Assembly (NCBI GenBank): GCA_963725665.1
Contig: CAVRZA010000002.1
Span: 529,062 to 593,061, forward strand
From: an uncultured Actinomycetes bacterium
GTDB taxonomy: Bacteria; Actinomycetota; Thermoleophilia; UBA2241
DNA length: 64,000 nt
Direction of reading: 5' to 3'
A program made the position numbers and the translations under genes. Of this stretch, positions 19,668-28,818 are shown piece by piece; position 1 is the first letter of the stretch; every line of letters starts with the position of its first letter. The notes beneath the pieces are model-generated. The model worked only from the letters and a program-made list of their open reading frames with translations. It did no database searches and had not been told where the DNA came from.

Positions 19668-20995
19668 GGCTTGCCTCCGGAGGTGACGCCGGCAGCCTTC
19701 GTGGGGAGGGGCTGCGGGATAGAGAACGAGAACTCGGCCCAAGAGCCCGGCTTGGACGCTGCGCGGATGCGCCCACCGTGTAGCTGGACGATGCGCCAGG
19801 CGTTGTACAGGCCGACGCCGGTGCCCTTGTGCCCCTGCAGGGCCGGGCTGTCGAGCCGCGAGAACTTGCGGAAGAGCTTGTCCTTCTCGGCGGCTGGGAA
19901 GCCCGGCCCCTGGTTCCACACCGACACCGAGATGCCGTGCTTGCGCTTGAGCACCGCGAGGCGGATCTCGCCGCCCGCGTCGCCGTACTTGATCGCATTG
20001 CCGACCAGATTGACCAGCACGATGCGCATGAGACCCGGGTCGCAGCTGATGAGGAGCGAGCCCTCGGGCGGCAGCTCCGTCGTCAGACGCATCTGCCGGG
20101 TCTCGATCTGCGAGCGCACGAGGTCGATCGCGGGCTCGAGCACCTCCTCGACGAAGAGCGTCGCCGGCTGCACGCGCAGGCCCTGACCGGACTCCTCGAG
20201 ACGCGCCAGGTCGAGGTACTCGTTCACCAGGCCCAGGAGGTACTGTCCCTTGTGGATCATGCGCTCGACCTTCGCCTTCTGCTGCGGCTCGAGGTCGCCG
20301 AGGTACCCCTCCGCCAGCAGCTTGGCGTCGGTCACCATCGAGGCTACCGGGTTCTTGAGCTCGTGGCTCACGAACCCGAGCATCTCGAAGTAGGCGCGGT
20401 TCGCCTCTTCGAGCTGCTCGATGCGCCAGGCTTTCTCGACCGCTTGACTGATACGCTCGGCGATCGCGATGGAGAGCTCGACGTGGCGGCTCGAGTAGGC
20501 ACGCGCTCGGCGTGAGCTGCGGAACATGAACCCGACCACGCGTCCTTCGACGGAGAGTGGACAGGTGAGGCTCGAGCGCACACCCTCCTTCACCAGGAGG
20601 CGCGTGGAGCGGCTCGCCGGCTTGGCCTCGAGATAGGCCTCGAGGTCGTCGATGATGCGCGGCATGCGGCGCTCGAGCACGGGCCCCAGCGAGGTCGCGG
20701 TGAGGTCCTCGGCGTATCCCTGGCTAAGCAGCAGGGGCTCGTAGCTGGCGCGGGCGTAGTGCGAGACGACGCGCCCGCCGGCGTCTTCGACGAAGGCGAG
20801 GCCGATGCGATCGAACGGGAAGATGGTCATGGTCTCCTCGAAGAGGAAGTCGACCACGTCGTTGAGGGTCGGCAACGCTGCGACCCTGTGGTTCACGAGG
20901 CGCAGGATGCGGCGCTCCTCCTCGGTGAAGGGCTGCAGCACCGGCGCCGGCTGTGCCGGGTCGACATAGCGCACCGATGTCCGTGAGTCGGCCAT
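19664..20995 (-). CDS. Cytoplasmic GAF-domain sensor histidine kinase
   Basis: N-terminal GAF (GVRSSLTCPLSVEGRVVG), SHELKNP H-box, NAIKY, GTGVGL; no TM helix. Confidence 0.9.
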   Translation of the reverse strand: MADSRTSVRYVDPAQPAPVLQPFTEEERRILRLVNHRVAALPTLNDVVDFLFEETMTIFPFDRIGLAFVEDAGGRVVSHYARASYEPLLLSQGYAEDLTATSLGPVLERRMPRIIDDLEAYLEAKPASRSTRLLVKEGVRSSLTCPLSVEGRVVGFMFRSSRRARAYSSRHVELSIAIAERISQAVEKAWRIEQLEEANRAYFEMLGFVSHELKNPVASMVTDAKLLAEGYLGDLEPQQKAKVERMIHKGQYLLGLVNEYLDLARLEESGQGLRVQPATLFVEEVLEPAIDLVRSQIETRQMRLTTELPPEGSLLISCDPGLMRIVLVNLVGNAIKYGDAGGEIRLAVLKRKHGISVSVWNQGPGFPAAEKDKLFRKFSRLDSPALQGHKGTGVGLYNAWRIVQLHGGRIRAASKPGSWAEFSFSIPQPLPTKAAGVTSGGKP

Positions 20996-21253
20996 GCTTC
21001 CTCTCTTGCGGCGGAGATCGTGCCGTCCCTCAGACTCTACCGCACCCGCCCGTCTCCTCGAGCGTCGTTTGCTCGCCGTCGCTCTCGGTATCTGTAGGGT
21101 ACCGCGTTCGCGCGGATGCGCCAGTGGTGCGCGGCTCGGTCGCTGAAGGCCGCCCCCTCGTTCGAGGGCCCCGCGGATAGTGTCACCCACGGGCAATCGC
21201 AGGGAGTGGGCGGGGCGGCGAGCCTTGCGGCTCGCCGCCCCGCCCCGAAGCAC

Positions 21254-23179
21254 CTACGCGATGTACTTGCCGCGCGGTGTGTAGCTTGTGTGCAGGAGCT
21301 TGTGGCTCTTGTGGCCGCAGGGGCCCTCGGTCAGGAACTCGCCGTAGAGCTTGACCACCGCAGGGTTCTCGATCGACTTGCGTACCTCGTAGGCGGCGTC
21401 TTCGGCGTAGATCGCCTTGGCGCGCGCGGCCCTGATCGCGGGCGAGGTCGGGATCGGTTGGCCGCCGCCGCCCAGGCAGCCGCCGGGGCACGCCATGAAC
21501 TCCACGAAGTGGCACTGGCTGAAATGGCCGCCCGCCTTGATGTCGTCCATGACCCTCTTGGCGTTGGCCGTGCCGTGCGCGACCGCCACCTTGAGTGTGG
21601 CGCCCTTGAGCCACTCCCAGTCAGGGACGAGATGCGCCAGCAGCTCGGGTACGGGGCCCACCTGGGTGACGGGGATCTCGGCGTACTTGACGCCCTCGAA
21701 ACCGCGCACCGGGATGATGTCGGCGTGCTCGTAGAGATCCTCCACCTTGAGCCCGGTAACGATCTCGATGACGCTGCGCAGTGCCGACTCCATGACGCCG
21801 CCGCTGGCGCCGAAGATGACGCCGGAGCCGGTCGCCGTGCCGAAGGGATCGTCGAAATCCGACTTGTCGAGCGTCGGCACGTCGATGCCGGCTTCGCGCA
21901 TCATCTTCGCCAGCTCGCGGCTGGTGAGGCCGTAGTCGACGTCCTTGTAGCCGCTGTCGCACATCTCGGGGCGGTTGCACTCGAACTTCTTCGCCGAGCA
22001 GGGCATCAGGGCGACGCTGACGATGTCGGCCGGGTCGATGCCGTTCTTCTCGGCGTAGAAGGTCTTGATGAGAGCCCCGAACATCTGCTGTGGGCTCTTG
22101 GCCGACGAGAGGTTGGGGATGAACTCGGGGTAGAAGTGCTCGAGGTACTTGACCCAGCCGGGTGAGCAGCTCGTGAACTGTGGCAGCGCGACTTCGGGGT
22201 CCTTCTCGACGAGCGCCTTGTGGAGGCGTGTGAGAAGCTCGGTGCCCTCCTCGATGATGGTGAGGTCGGCCGAGAAGTTGGTGTCGAAGACCATGTCGAA
22301 GCCGGCGTGCCTGAGCCCCGTGTTGAGCTCGAAGGTGATCGGGGTCCCGGGCTCCAGGCCGAAGCACTCGCCGATGGCGGCTCGAGGGGAGGGGGCGGTC
22401 TGGATGACGACGTGCTTCGTTGGGTCGTCGATCGCTGCCCAGACCTGGTCGGTGGGGTCGTTGGCCTGGAGGGCACCAGTTGGGCAGCGGTTGATGCACT
22501 GGCCGCAGTTGATGCAGACCACCTCAGCCAGCGGCTTGTTCATGAAGGTCTGGATCTCGGTGCGGTCGCTGCGGCCGATGGCTTCGAGTACACCGACCTC
22601 CTGCAGGTCGATGCAGGTGCGCACGCAGCGGCGGCACAGAACGCACTTGTCCATGTCGCGCACCACGGAGTAGCTGGAACGGTCGACCGTGTAGCGCGGC
22701 TCCGTGGTGTGACCGAAGCGGAAGTAGTCGACGCCGTACTCCTCGGCCAGTGACTGCAACTCGCAGTTGCCGTTGCGCACGCAGGAGTAGCAGTCGCCGT
22801 AGTGGTCGGAGAGCAGCAGGTCGACGACGTGGCGCCGTGCCTGCCGGACCTGCCTCGAGTGGGTGTTGACCTTGATCGGCACCGTAATGGGATAGGCGCA
22901 GGCCGCCTGCAGCGTGCGTTGACCCTCTACCTCGACCACGCACACCCGGCAGACGCCGGCGATGCAGAGGTCCTCGTGGTAGCACAATGTCGGGATGTGG
23001 ATGCCGACCTGCTTGGCGGCCTCGAGGATCGTCGTCGCGTGCGGCACCTTGATCTCGCGTCCGTCGATGGTGGCCGAGACGAGCGCGCCGATGGCGGTCG
23101 TGTCCTGGGCCGGCGTCGGCAGCTTGGCCTTCTGGCTCTCGGGAGCCCGGCCGCAGCCTTCCTGGAGTATCTCAGTCAT
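21254..23179 (-). CDS. hydA: Group A [FeFe]-hydrogenase catalytic subunit HydA
   Basis: N-terminal 2Fe-2S, HYGDCYSC cluster, two 4Fe-4S motifs, H-cluster motifs TSCSPGW, MPCSAKKFE, EFMACPGGCLGGGGQP. Confidence 0.97.
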   Translation of the reverse strand: MTEILQEGCGRAPESQKAKLPTPAQDTTAIGALVSATIDGREIKVPHATTILEAAKQVGIHIPTLCYHEDLCIAGVCRVCVVEVEGQRTLQAACAYPITVPIKVNTHSRQVRQARRHVVDLLLSDHYGDCYSCVRNGNCELQSLAEEYGVDYFRFGHTTEPRYTVDRSSYSVVRDMDKCVLCRRCVRTCIDLQEVGVLEAIGRSDRTEIQTFMNKPLAEVVCINCGQCINRCPTGALQANDPTDQVWAAIDDPTKHVVIQTAPSPRAAIGECFGLEPGTPITFELNTGLRHAGFDMVFDTNFSADLTIIEEGTELLTRLHKALVEKDPEVALPQFTSCSPGWVKYLEHFYPEFIPNLSSAKSPQQMFGALIKTFYAEKNGIDPADIVSVALMPCSAKKFECNRPEMCDSGYKDVDYGLTSRELAKMMREAGIDVPTLDKSDFDDPFGTATGSGVIFGASGGVMESALRSVIEIVTGLKVEDLYEHADIIPVRGFEGVKYAEIPVTQVGPVPELLAHLVPDWEWLKGATLKVAVAHGTANAKRVMDDIKAGGHFSQCHFVEFMACPGGCLGGGGQPIPTSPAIRAARAKAIYAEDAAYEVRKSIENPAVVKLYGEFLTEGPCGHKSHKLLHTSYTPRGKYIA

Positions 23180-23193
23180 AGTCGGCTCCCTCG

Positions 23194-24390
23194 CTACTGC
23201 ACCATGGCGCCGTCGGTACGGCCCATGATCTCTTCGCCGAAGTTGCGCACGATGGAGACGAAGGCGCTCGAGCTGGTCTGCCCGAGGCCGCACTTCGAAG
23301 CCACCTGCATCGTCTCGCTGAGTGCCAAGAGCTCACTCAGGTAGTCCATTGAGCAGGCGCCCTCGCTGAGCAGCTCGACGCCCTCGAGCAGCTTCGGGTT
23401 GCCCAGGCGGCAGGGAGTGCACTGGCCGCAGGACTCGTCGACGAAGAACTCGAGGAAGTTGCGCGCCACCGCGAGCATGTCGCGCTGCGGCCCGATGACG
23501 ATGATCGCGCCGCCCGTGGGGACGTCCTCGAAGGCGATCGAGCGACCGAAGTCGGCGCGCGGCAGGCAGACGCCCGAGGCGCCGCCGACCTGCACGGCCT
23601 TGGCATCTTGGCCGCCCACCTGCTGGAGGACTGCGGCGATCGTCACGCCGAGCGGGAACTCGTACACGCCGGGCCGCTCGCAGTCGCCTGACACGGAGAG
23701 GAGCTTGTGGCCCGTCGACGTCGACGTACCCATGGTCTTGAACCAGTCGGCGCCCTTGGCGAGGATGCAGGCGATGTTCGCCAGCGTCTCGACGTTGTTG
23801 ACGGTGGAGGGACGTCCGAGGAAGCCGGTATTGACGGGGAACGGCGGGCGGTTGCGCGGTTCGCCGCGGTGGCCCTCGAGCGACTCGATGAGCGCCGTCT
23901 CCTCGCCGCACACGTACGCTCCCGCTCCCATGTGGATGTGGATCTCGAAGTCGAACCCCTCCGCGCCGAGCACGCCCTTGCCGAGCAGACCACGCTCGCG
24001 ACGGCTGGCGAGAGTCTCCTCGAGGTGCCCGCGCAGGTACGAGTACTCGGCACGCAGATAGACGATGCCCTCGTGGGCGCCGATCGCGCGTCCGGCGATA
24101 GTCATGCCCTCGAAGACCAGGTCGGCGAACTCCGAGAGGATCACGCGGTCCTTGAACGTGCCCGGCTCACCCTCGTCGGCGTTGCAGATGACGTACTTCT
24201 TCTCTCCGCGCTCCGCGGCGGCGAAGTTGAGCTTGAGACCGGCGGGGAAGCCGGCGCCACCACGTCCTTTGAGACCCGAGCCGGTCACCTCGGCGATGAT
24301 GTCGGCACGTGGTTTGGCAAGGGCCGCCTTGAGGCCGGCCTCAGGCTCGATGGTGCTGTAGGTCAGCGGACCCGTAGTTGCAGCGGCCAT
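23194..24390 (-). CDS. hydB: NADH/FMN-binding subunit HydB (short NuoF-like)
   Basis: GRGGAGFP, CNADEGEPGTFKDR, GAYVCGEET, CGQCTPCR..C; ends after the single 4Fe-4S domain. Confidence 0.94.
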   Translation of the reverse strand: MAAATTGPLTYSTIEPEAGLKAALAKPRADIIAEVTGSGLKGRGGAGFPAGLKLNFAAAERGEKKYVICNADEGEPGTFKDRVILSEFADLVFEGMTIAGRAIGAHEGIVYLRAEYSYLRGHLEETLASRRERGLLGKGVLGAEGFDFEIHIHMGAGAYVCGEETALIESLEGHRGEPRNRPPFPVNTGFLGRPSTVNNVETLANIACILAKGADWFKTMGTSTSTGHKLLSVSGDCERPGVYEFPLGVTIAAVLQQVGGQDAKAVQVGGASGVCLPRADFGRSIAFEDVPTGGAIIVIGPQRDMLAVARNFLEFFVDESCGQCTPCRLGNPKLLEGVELLSEGACSMDYLSELLALSETMQVASKCGLGQTSSSAFVSIVRNFGEEIMGRTDGAMVQ

Positions 24391-24911
24391 TCCGCGTACT
24401 CCTTCTTGTGTTCCGGCGCGAAGACTCCGAAGACGCGCCGGCACTCGTCGAGGATCTGATGGACCTTCTCCGTCGTGACCTGCGTGTAGACGCGGTCGTT
24501 GACGAGCAGAGCCGGACCCTGGTCACACATGCCCATGCAGTTCGCCCACTCCAGCGTGAACTTGCCGTCGCTCGTCGTCTCGCCGAAGCCGACGCAGAGG
24601 TCGTTCTCAAGCTGGCGAGCGATGCGGTCCTTGCCCTGCAGATCGCAAGAGATGGTGCGGCAGAGCCTCAGGACGAACTGGCCCTGGCGGCCGTCGCCCA
24701 GGAACGCATAGAACGAGGCCACGCTGTAGACCTCGACGGGGTGGATGTCGAGCTCATCGGCGATGACCTGCATGGCGTAGGGGTCGATCTGCGAGTAGGT
24801 CGCCTTCACCTGCTGCAGGATGGGGACGAGCGAGGTGCGGTCGTGCCCGAGCCTTTCGGCGAGGTCGCGCACCTCTTTGCTGAGCTGCTCTCGTTCGGTG
24901 ACTAGCATCAC
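24363..24911 (-). CDS. hydC: 2Fe-2S subunit HydC (NuoE-like)
   Basis: VASFY, CRTISC...CMGMC thioredoxin-like 2Fe-2S motif. Confidence 0.93.
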   Translation of the reverse strand: MMLVTEREQLSKEVRDLAERLGHDRTSLVPILQQVKATYSQIDPYAMQVIADELDIHPVEVYSVASFYAFLGDGRQGQFVLRLCRTISCDLQGKDRIARQLENDLCVGFGETTSDGKFTLEWANCMGMCDQGPALLVNDRVYTQVTTEKVHQILDECRRVFGVFAPEHKKEYAEWPLQLRVR

Positions 24912-24918
24912 TGCCTTC

Positions 24919-25296
24919 CTACTGTCGCACGCTGAGGAGCTTGCCGACCTTGGCGACGAACGTCGTCGGGTCGACCGGCTTGGACTGGAACTCGTCGACC
25001 GGGACCATCTCCTCGTCGGGCCCGAACTCGAAGCCCGTGGCCGTCCCGACGCTGGTGAGCATCATGATGGGGAGCGTGTGGCCCTGGCGGCGCAGGTCCT
25101 GCGCCATGACGAACCCGTCGTCGGGCTCTTCCATCATCACGTCGAGGATGAGCAGGTCGGGTTTGAACTCCTCGATCTTGGCCATGCCCTCGGCGCGCGT
25201 CGAGGCGGTGGCGATCTCGTAGCCCTCCCTCTCGAGGACCAGCCGCCCGGCGTCGAGGACGTCGGGATCGTCGTCGACAATCAGGATCTTCGGCAC
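24919..25296 (-). CDS. Single-domain response regulator (receiver only)
   Basis: KILIVDDD, LDVMM (phospho-Asp), MLTS, KP; no output domain. Confidence 0.92.
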   Translation of the reverse strand: MPKILIVDDDPDVLDAGRLVLEREGYEIATASTRAEGMAKIEEFKPDLLILDVMMEEPDDGFVMAQDLRRQGHTLPIMMLTSVGTATGFEFGPDEEMVPVDEFQSKPVDPTTFVAKVGKLLSVRQ

Positions 25297-25548
25297 GGCG
25301 CTCTCCCTCACTCGTTGATCTCGACATGCAGACCGACCGCCGGGTCGCTGCTGCCGGGGCGGCTGGCTGCGATACGCGTTTCCACGTGCGAATGGCCTGC
25401 TCCGGTGGTTGTTTGGAGGCGGCCGCACGGGGGTGCAAGAAGGGTGTTTCGGGGTACCACCTCCACCAGCTCCGCTTGGATCGACTGCGCGACACGCTGG
25501 GCGCTCCCGCTCGCGTCGCGCTCCGCACGGTGACTCACTTGGGACACT

Positions 25549-25566
25549 TTGTAGCTTACTTCACAA
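25549..25566. promoter_or_regulatory. Rex-like operator upstream of the hyd operon
   Basis: Minus strand TTGTGAAGTAAGCTACAA vs consensus TTGTGAA-N4-TTCACAA; one half-site perfect; in an AT-richer patch. Confidence 0.65.
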
Positions 25567-25819
25567 CCCCCGTTCGTTGCCAGCACAATACACCTCGCTT
25601 CATTTGCCAATGGAGTCGCTGTCGTTGTCCAGAATGTCGAGACTGAGAAGCCCCCGCTGCCCCTTCGGTGGCCCTCTGGTCGTTGCGGGGCCCCTGCGCC
25701 GGGCTTTAGAGTGTGAAGGAACGCCGGCGCCGCCCCTACGTGGCGCATCGTCCGGTCGGATCCCCGCCTCGGGGAGCCCCCGTTTGTCCACAGCGGCAGC
25801 AGGAAGAGTGGAGGTCTGC

Positions 25820-27106
25820 ATGAGCATGGTAGCCCAGGACTTGAAGCAGCTCGTGGTCCCGCCGGTGCAGGGCCGGTCGACCGGTCTGGTCGTCGACCGC
25901 GCCGAGGGGAGCTGGTTCACGACCACCGACGGCGAGAAGTGGCTCGACATGGTGATGGGCATCGCCGTCGTCAACACCGGCCACTCCCATCCCAAGGTGC
26001 TCGCCGCGGCGAAAGAGCAGATGGACAAGCTGGTCCAGGGGCAGATGGCGCTCTTCTACACGGAGCCGCCGATGAAGCTGAGCGAGAAGCTCTGCGAGAT
26101 CGTCCCCGGCGGCATGGACCGCGTGCTCTACGCGAACTCCGGTGCCGAGACGGTTGAGAACGCGATCAAGCTGGCCAAGCAGGTGACTCGCAGGCCGGCC
26201 GTGATCGCCTTCCAGGGTGCCTTCCACGGCCGAACCCACTACGCGATGGCGCTCACGGCTTCGAAGACGGTCTACCGTGGCCACTTCGAGCCGCTGCCCG
26301 GTGGTGTCTTCCACAGCCAGTTCGCCTATCCGTACCGCACGCCACGGGGCGAGGACCCGACCGACTACGCGCTCATGCACCTCGACCTGGTGCTGCGTGG
26401 CCACATCCCGCCCGATGATGTGGCGGCCATCATCGTCGAGCCGATCCAGGGGGAGGGCGGCTACATCGTGCCGACCAAGGAGTTCATGCAGGCCCTGCGC
26501 AAGAAGGCCGACGAGATCGGCGCCCTGCTCATCATGGACGAGATCCAGACCGGCATGGGGCGCACGGGCAAGTGGTTCTGCCACGAGTACTACGACGTGA
26601 CAGCCGACATCGTCACCGTCGCCAAGGGCATCGCCTCCGGCTTCCCGCTCGGGGCCGTCGTCTCGCGCGCCGAGATCTACGACAAGCACGCGCCGGGCTC
26701 GCTGGGCGGCACCTTTGGCGGCAACATGGTCTCCTGTGCCGCGGGCATAGCTACCATCGACGCCATGCGTGACGAGGGCATGGTCGAGAACGCGTTCAAG
26801 CAGGGCGAGAAGCTGCGCGCCGTGCTGCGCGAGCTGCAGAAGGACTACCCGCAGATGGGCGAGGTCCGCGGCCTGGGGCTCATGGACGCCGTCGAGTTCG
26901 TCGTGCCGGGTACCAATAAGGAGCCCAACGCCGCGTTGGCCAAGAAAGTCATCGGCGAGTGCATCAAGAACAAGATGCTCATCCTCGGCTGCGGCTACTA
27001 CGACAACTGCGTGCGCTTCATCCCGGCGCTGAACCTCTCCGACGCCGATCTCGACCTCGCCGTCAGCATCTTCAGCGACGCGGTCAAGGCGGCTGCCGCG
27101 AGCTGA
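25820..27106 (+). CDS. Class III PLP aminotransferase (4-aminobutyrate aminotransferase-like)
   Basis: NSGAETVENA, FHGRT, EPIQGEGG, DEIQTGMGRTG, AKGIASG, GGTFGGN. Confidence 0.92.
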   Translation: MSMVAQDLKQLVVPPVQGRSTGLVVDRAEGSWFTTTDGEKWLDMVMGIAVVNTGHSHPKVLAAAKEQMDKLVQGQMALFYTEPPMKLSEKLCEIVPGGMDRVLYANSGAETVENAIKLAKQVTRRPAVIAFQGAFHGRTHYAMALTASKTVYRGHFEPLPGGVFHSQFAYPYRTPRGEDPTDYALMHLDLVLRGHIPPDDVAAIIVEPIQGEGGYIVPTKEFMQALRKKADEIGALLIMDEIQTGMGRTGKWFCHEYYDVTADIVTVAKGIASGFPLGAVVSRAEIYDKHAPGSLGGTFGGNMVSCAAGIATIDAMRDEGMVENAFKQGEKLRAVLRELQKDYPQMGEVRGLGLMDAVEFVVPGTNKEPNAALAKKVIGECIKNKMLILGCGYYDNCVRFIPALNLSDADLDLAVSIFSDAVKAAAAS

Positions 27107-27355
27107 CGAAACGACACGTTCCCAGGGCCCCGGGCGCCTCGCCGCCGGGCAGGCGAGCGAGGCGCGGTCCGGGCCGGCGCGACGGGGCGCGCGGCCGCTT
27201 CTTGCGCGCGGCCGCGCGCCCCGTCGCCGTCCGGGCTCTTCTGCGGCCTCGTCGTGGCCGTGTCTCCCCGCGCCCCGCAGGCGCACAGGTTCTCGACGCT
27301 CGCGTCGGTGGGCCACCGGGGGCGCGGGCGAACCGGGTGGTACACTGATGGGCCG

Positions 27356-27850
27356 ATGGATCTCTCCGAGCACTCCGTGATCTCCGCCGCGAGCAGCGCT
27401 GCGCCTTTCGTCACGAGCGTGCGCGTGCGCTACGCGGAGACCGACGCCGCTGGCGTCGTCTACTACGCCAACTACCTCGCCTACTTCGAGGTCGCACGCG
27501 TCGAGTGGCTGCGCGCGCTGGGCTGTCCCGTCAGGGAGGCCGAGGCGCGCGGCGTGCACCTGCCGGTCGTCGATGCGCGCGTGCGCTATCTGCAACCGGC
27601 GCGCCTCGATGACCTCCTTGAGATCCACATCAGGGCAAGCGACGTGAAGCGCGCCTCGTTCTCGTTCGACTACGAGGTGCGCCGGGGGGACGATATCCTC
27701 GCTCGCGGGTACACTCGACACGCGGTCGTCGAGCGCGAGAGCCTGCGGCCGCTGGCGGTGCCCGCGTGGTTGTGCGACCTTCTTCGCCGCGCGCTTGGGG
27801 CGCCCGAACCGGGGCTCACGGAGCCCGCAGACGAGCAGAGCCGAAGGTAA
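27356..27850 (+). CDS. YbgC/FadM-family acyl-CoA thioesterase
   Basis: RVRYAETDAAGVVYYANYLAYFEVAR hotdog motif. Confidence 0.92.
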   Translation: MDLSEHSVISAASSAAPFVTSVRVRYAETDAAGVVYYANYLAYFEVARVEWLRALGCPVREAEARGVHLPVVDARVRYLQPARLDDLLEIHIRASDVKRASFSFDYEVRRGDDILARGYTRHAVVERESLRPLAVPAWLCDLLRRALGAPEPGLTEPADEQSRR

Positions 27851-27856
27851 TCTCGC

Positions 27857-28804
27857 GTGGACCAGGACCAGCCCTACGAGCACGTCGCCGGCGACCTCTC
27901 CGGCGACGTGCAGCACTGCTACCGGCACCCCGGCCGCGAGACGGGCGTCTCATGCTCCAACTGCGGCCGCCCGATCTGCTACGAGTGCATGACCCCAGCC
28001 GCCGTCGGCTTCCGTTGCCCCGAGTGTATCGCCGAGCAGCGTCGCGACGGCGGGCGCTCCCGCGTGGTCACCCGCGGCCAGATACGCGGGCGCTGGCAGG
28101 GCGGCATGCTGGGGTCGACGCACGCCCCGGTCACCAGGGTCCTGATCGGCCTCAACGTGGCCGCCTTCGTCATCGAGATCCTTGCGGCCGCCGGCGGCGG
28201 CAGCATCGGGGCGCTCTCGACCAAGACCCTTGTCGACCTGGGCGCCCTCTATACGCCGGCGCTCGTGGTGCAGCACGAGTATTGGCGGCTGGTGACGGCG
28301 ATGTTCCTGCATGCCGGTCTGATGCACATCTTCTTCAACATGATCTCGCTCTACTTCCTCGGGTCCTACCTCGAGCCTGTGGCGGGGTGGAAGAAGTTCC
28401 TCGTCATCTACTTCACGGCGGGGGTGGCCGGCAACGTGCTGGCGTTCGCCATCGGTCCGATCTTCGTACCCATGATCGGCGCCTCGACGGCGATCTTCGG
28501 TCTGCTTGGGGCGCTGTTCCTGTATAGCCTCCACAACCGCCACACGTTCGCGGGGCAGGCGCTGCGCAGCATCGGCTTCTGGCTCCTGCTGAACCTCGTC
28601 TTCACGTTCCTGTACTCGGGCATCTCCTGGCAGGGGCATATCGGCGGGCTGCTGGGCGGCATGGCCGCCTTCGAGGCGCTGACGCTGGGAGGGCGCAAGA
28701 ACCTCGATGCGCCCTTCGAGGGCGCCGATCTCGCCGCCATCGTGGTCGTGATCGCCGTCATCATGGCCGTCGCCTGGTGGCGGGTCACGACCCTGACGCT
28801 CTAA
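27857..28804 (+). CDS. Rhomboid intramembrane protease with N-terminal zinc finger
   Basis: CYRH..CSNC..CYEC..CPEC; WRLVT, HIFFNM, GAS, HIGG. Confidence 0.92.
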   Translation: MDQDQPYEHVAGDLSGDVQHCYRHPGRETGVSCSNCGRPICYECMTPAAVGFRCPECIAEQRRDGGRSRVVTRGQIRGRWQGGMLGSTHAPVTRVLIGLNVAAFVIEILAAAGGGSIGALSTKTLVDLGALYTPALVVQHEYWRLVTAMFLHAGLMHIFFNMISLYFLGSYLEPVAGWKKFLVIYFTAGVAGNVLAFAIGPIFVPMIGASTAIFGLLGALFLYSLHNRHTFAGQALRSIGFWLLLNLVFTFLYSGISWQGHIGGLLGGMAAFEALTLGGRKNLDAPFEGADLAAIVVVIAVIMAVAWWRVTTLTL

Positions 28805-28818
28805 GCGCCGCCGCCGCC

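Noticed and set aside
18267-19919. N-terminally extended HydG or kinase-HydG fusion
   Set aside because: The ATGA overlap at 19664-19667 with a GGAGG RBS explains two separate genes.
21254-24911. Selenocysteine recoding in hydrogenase genes
   Set aside because: No in-frame TGA at conserved Cys positions; the ORFs are complete.
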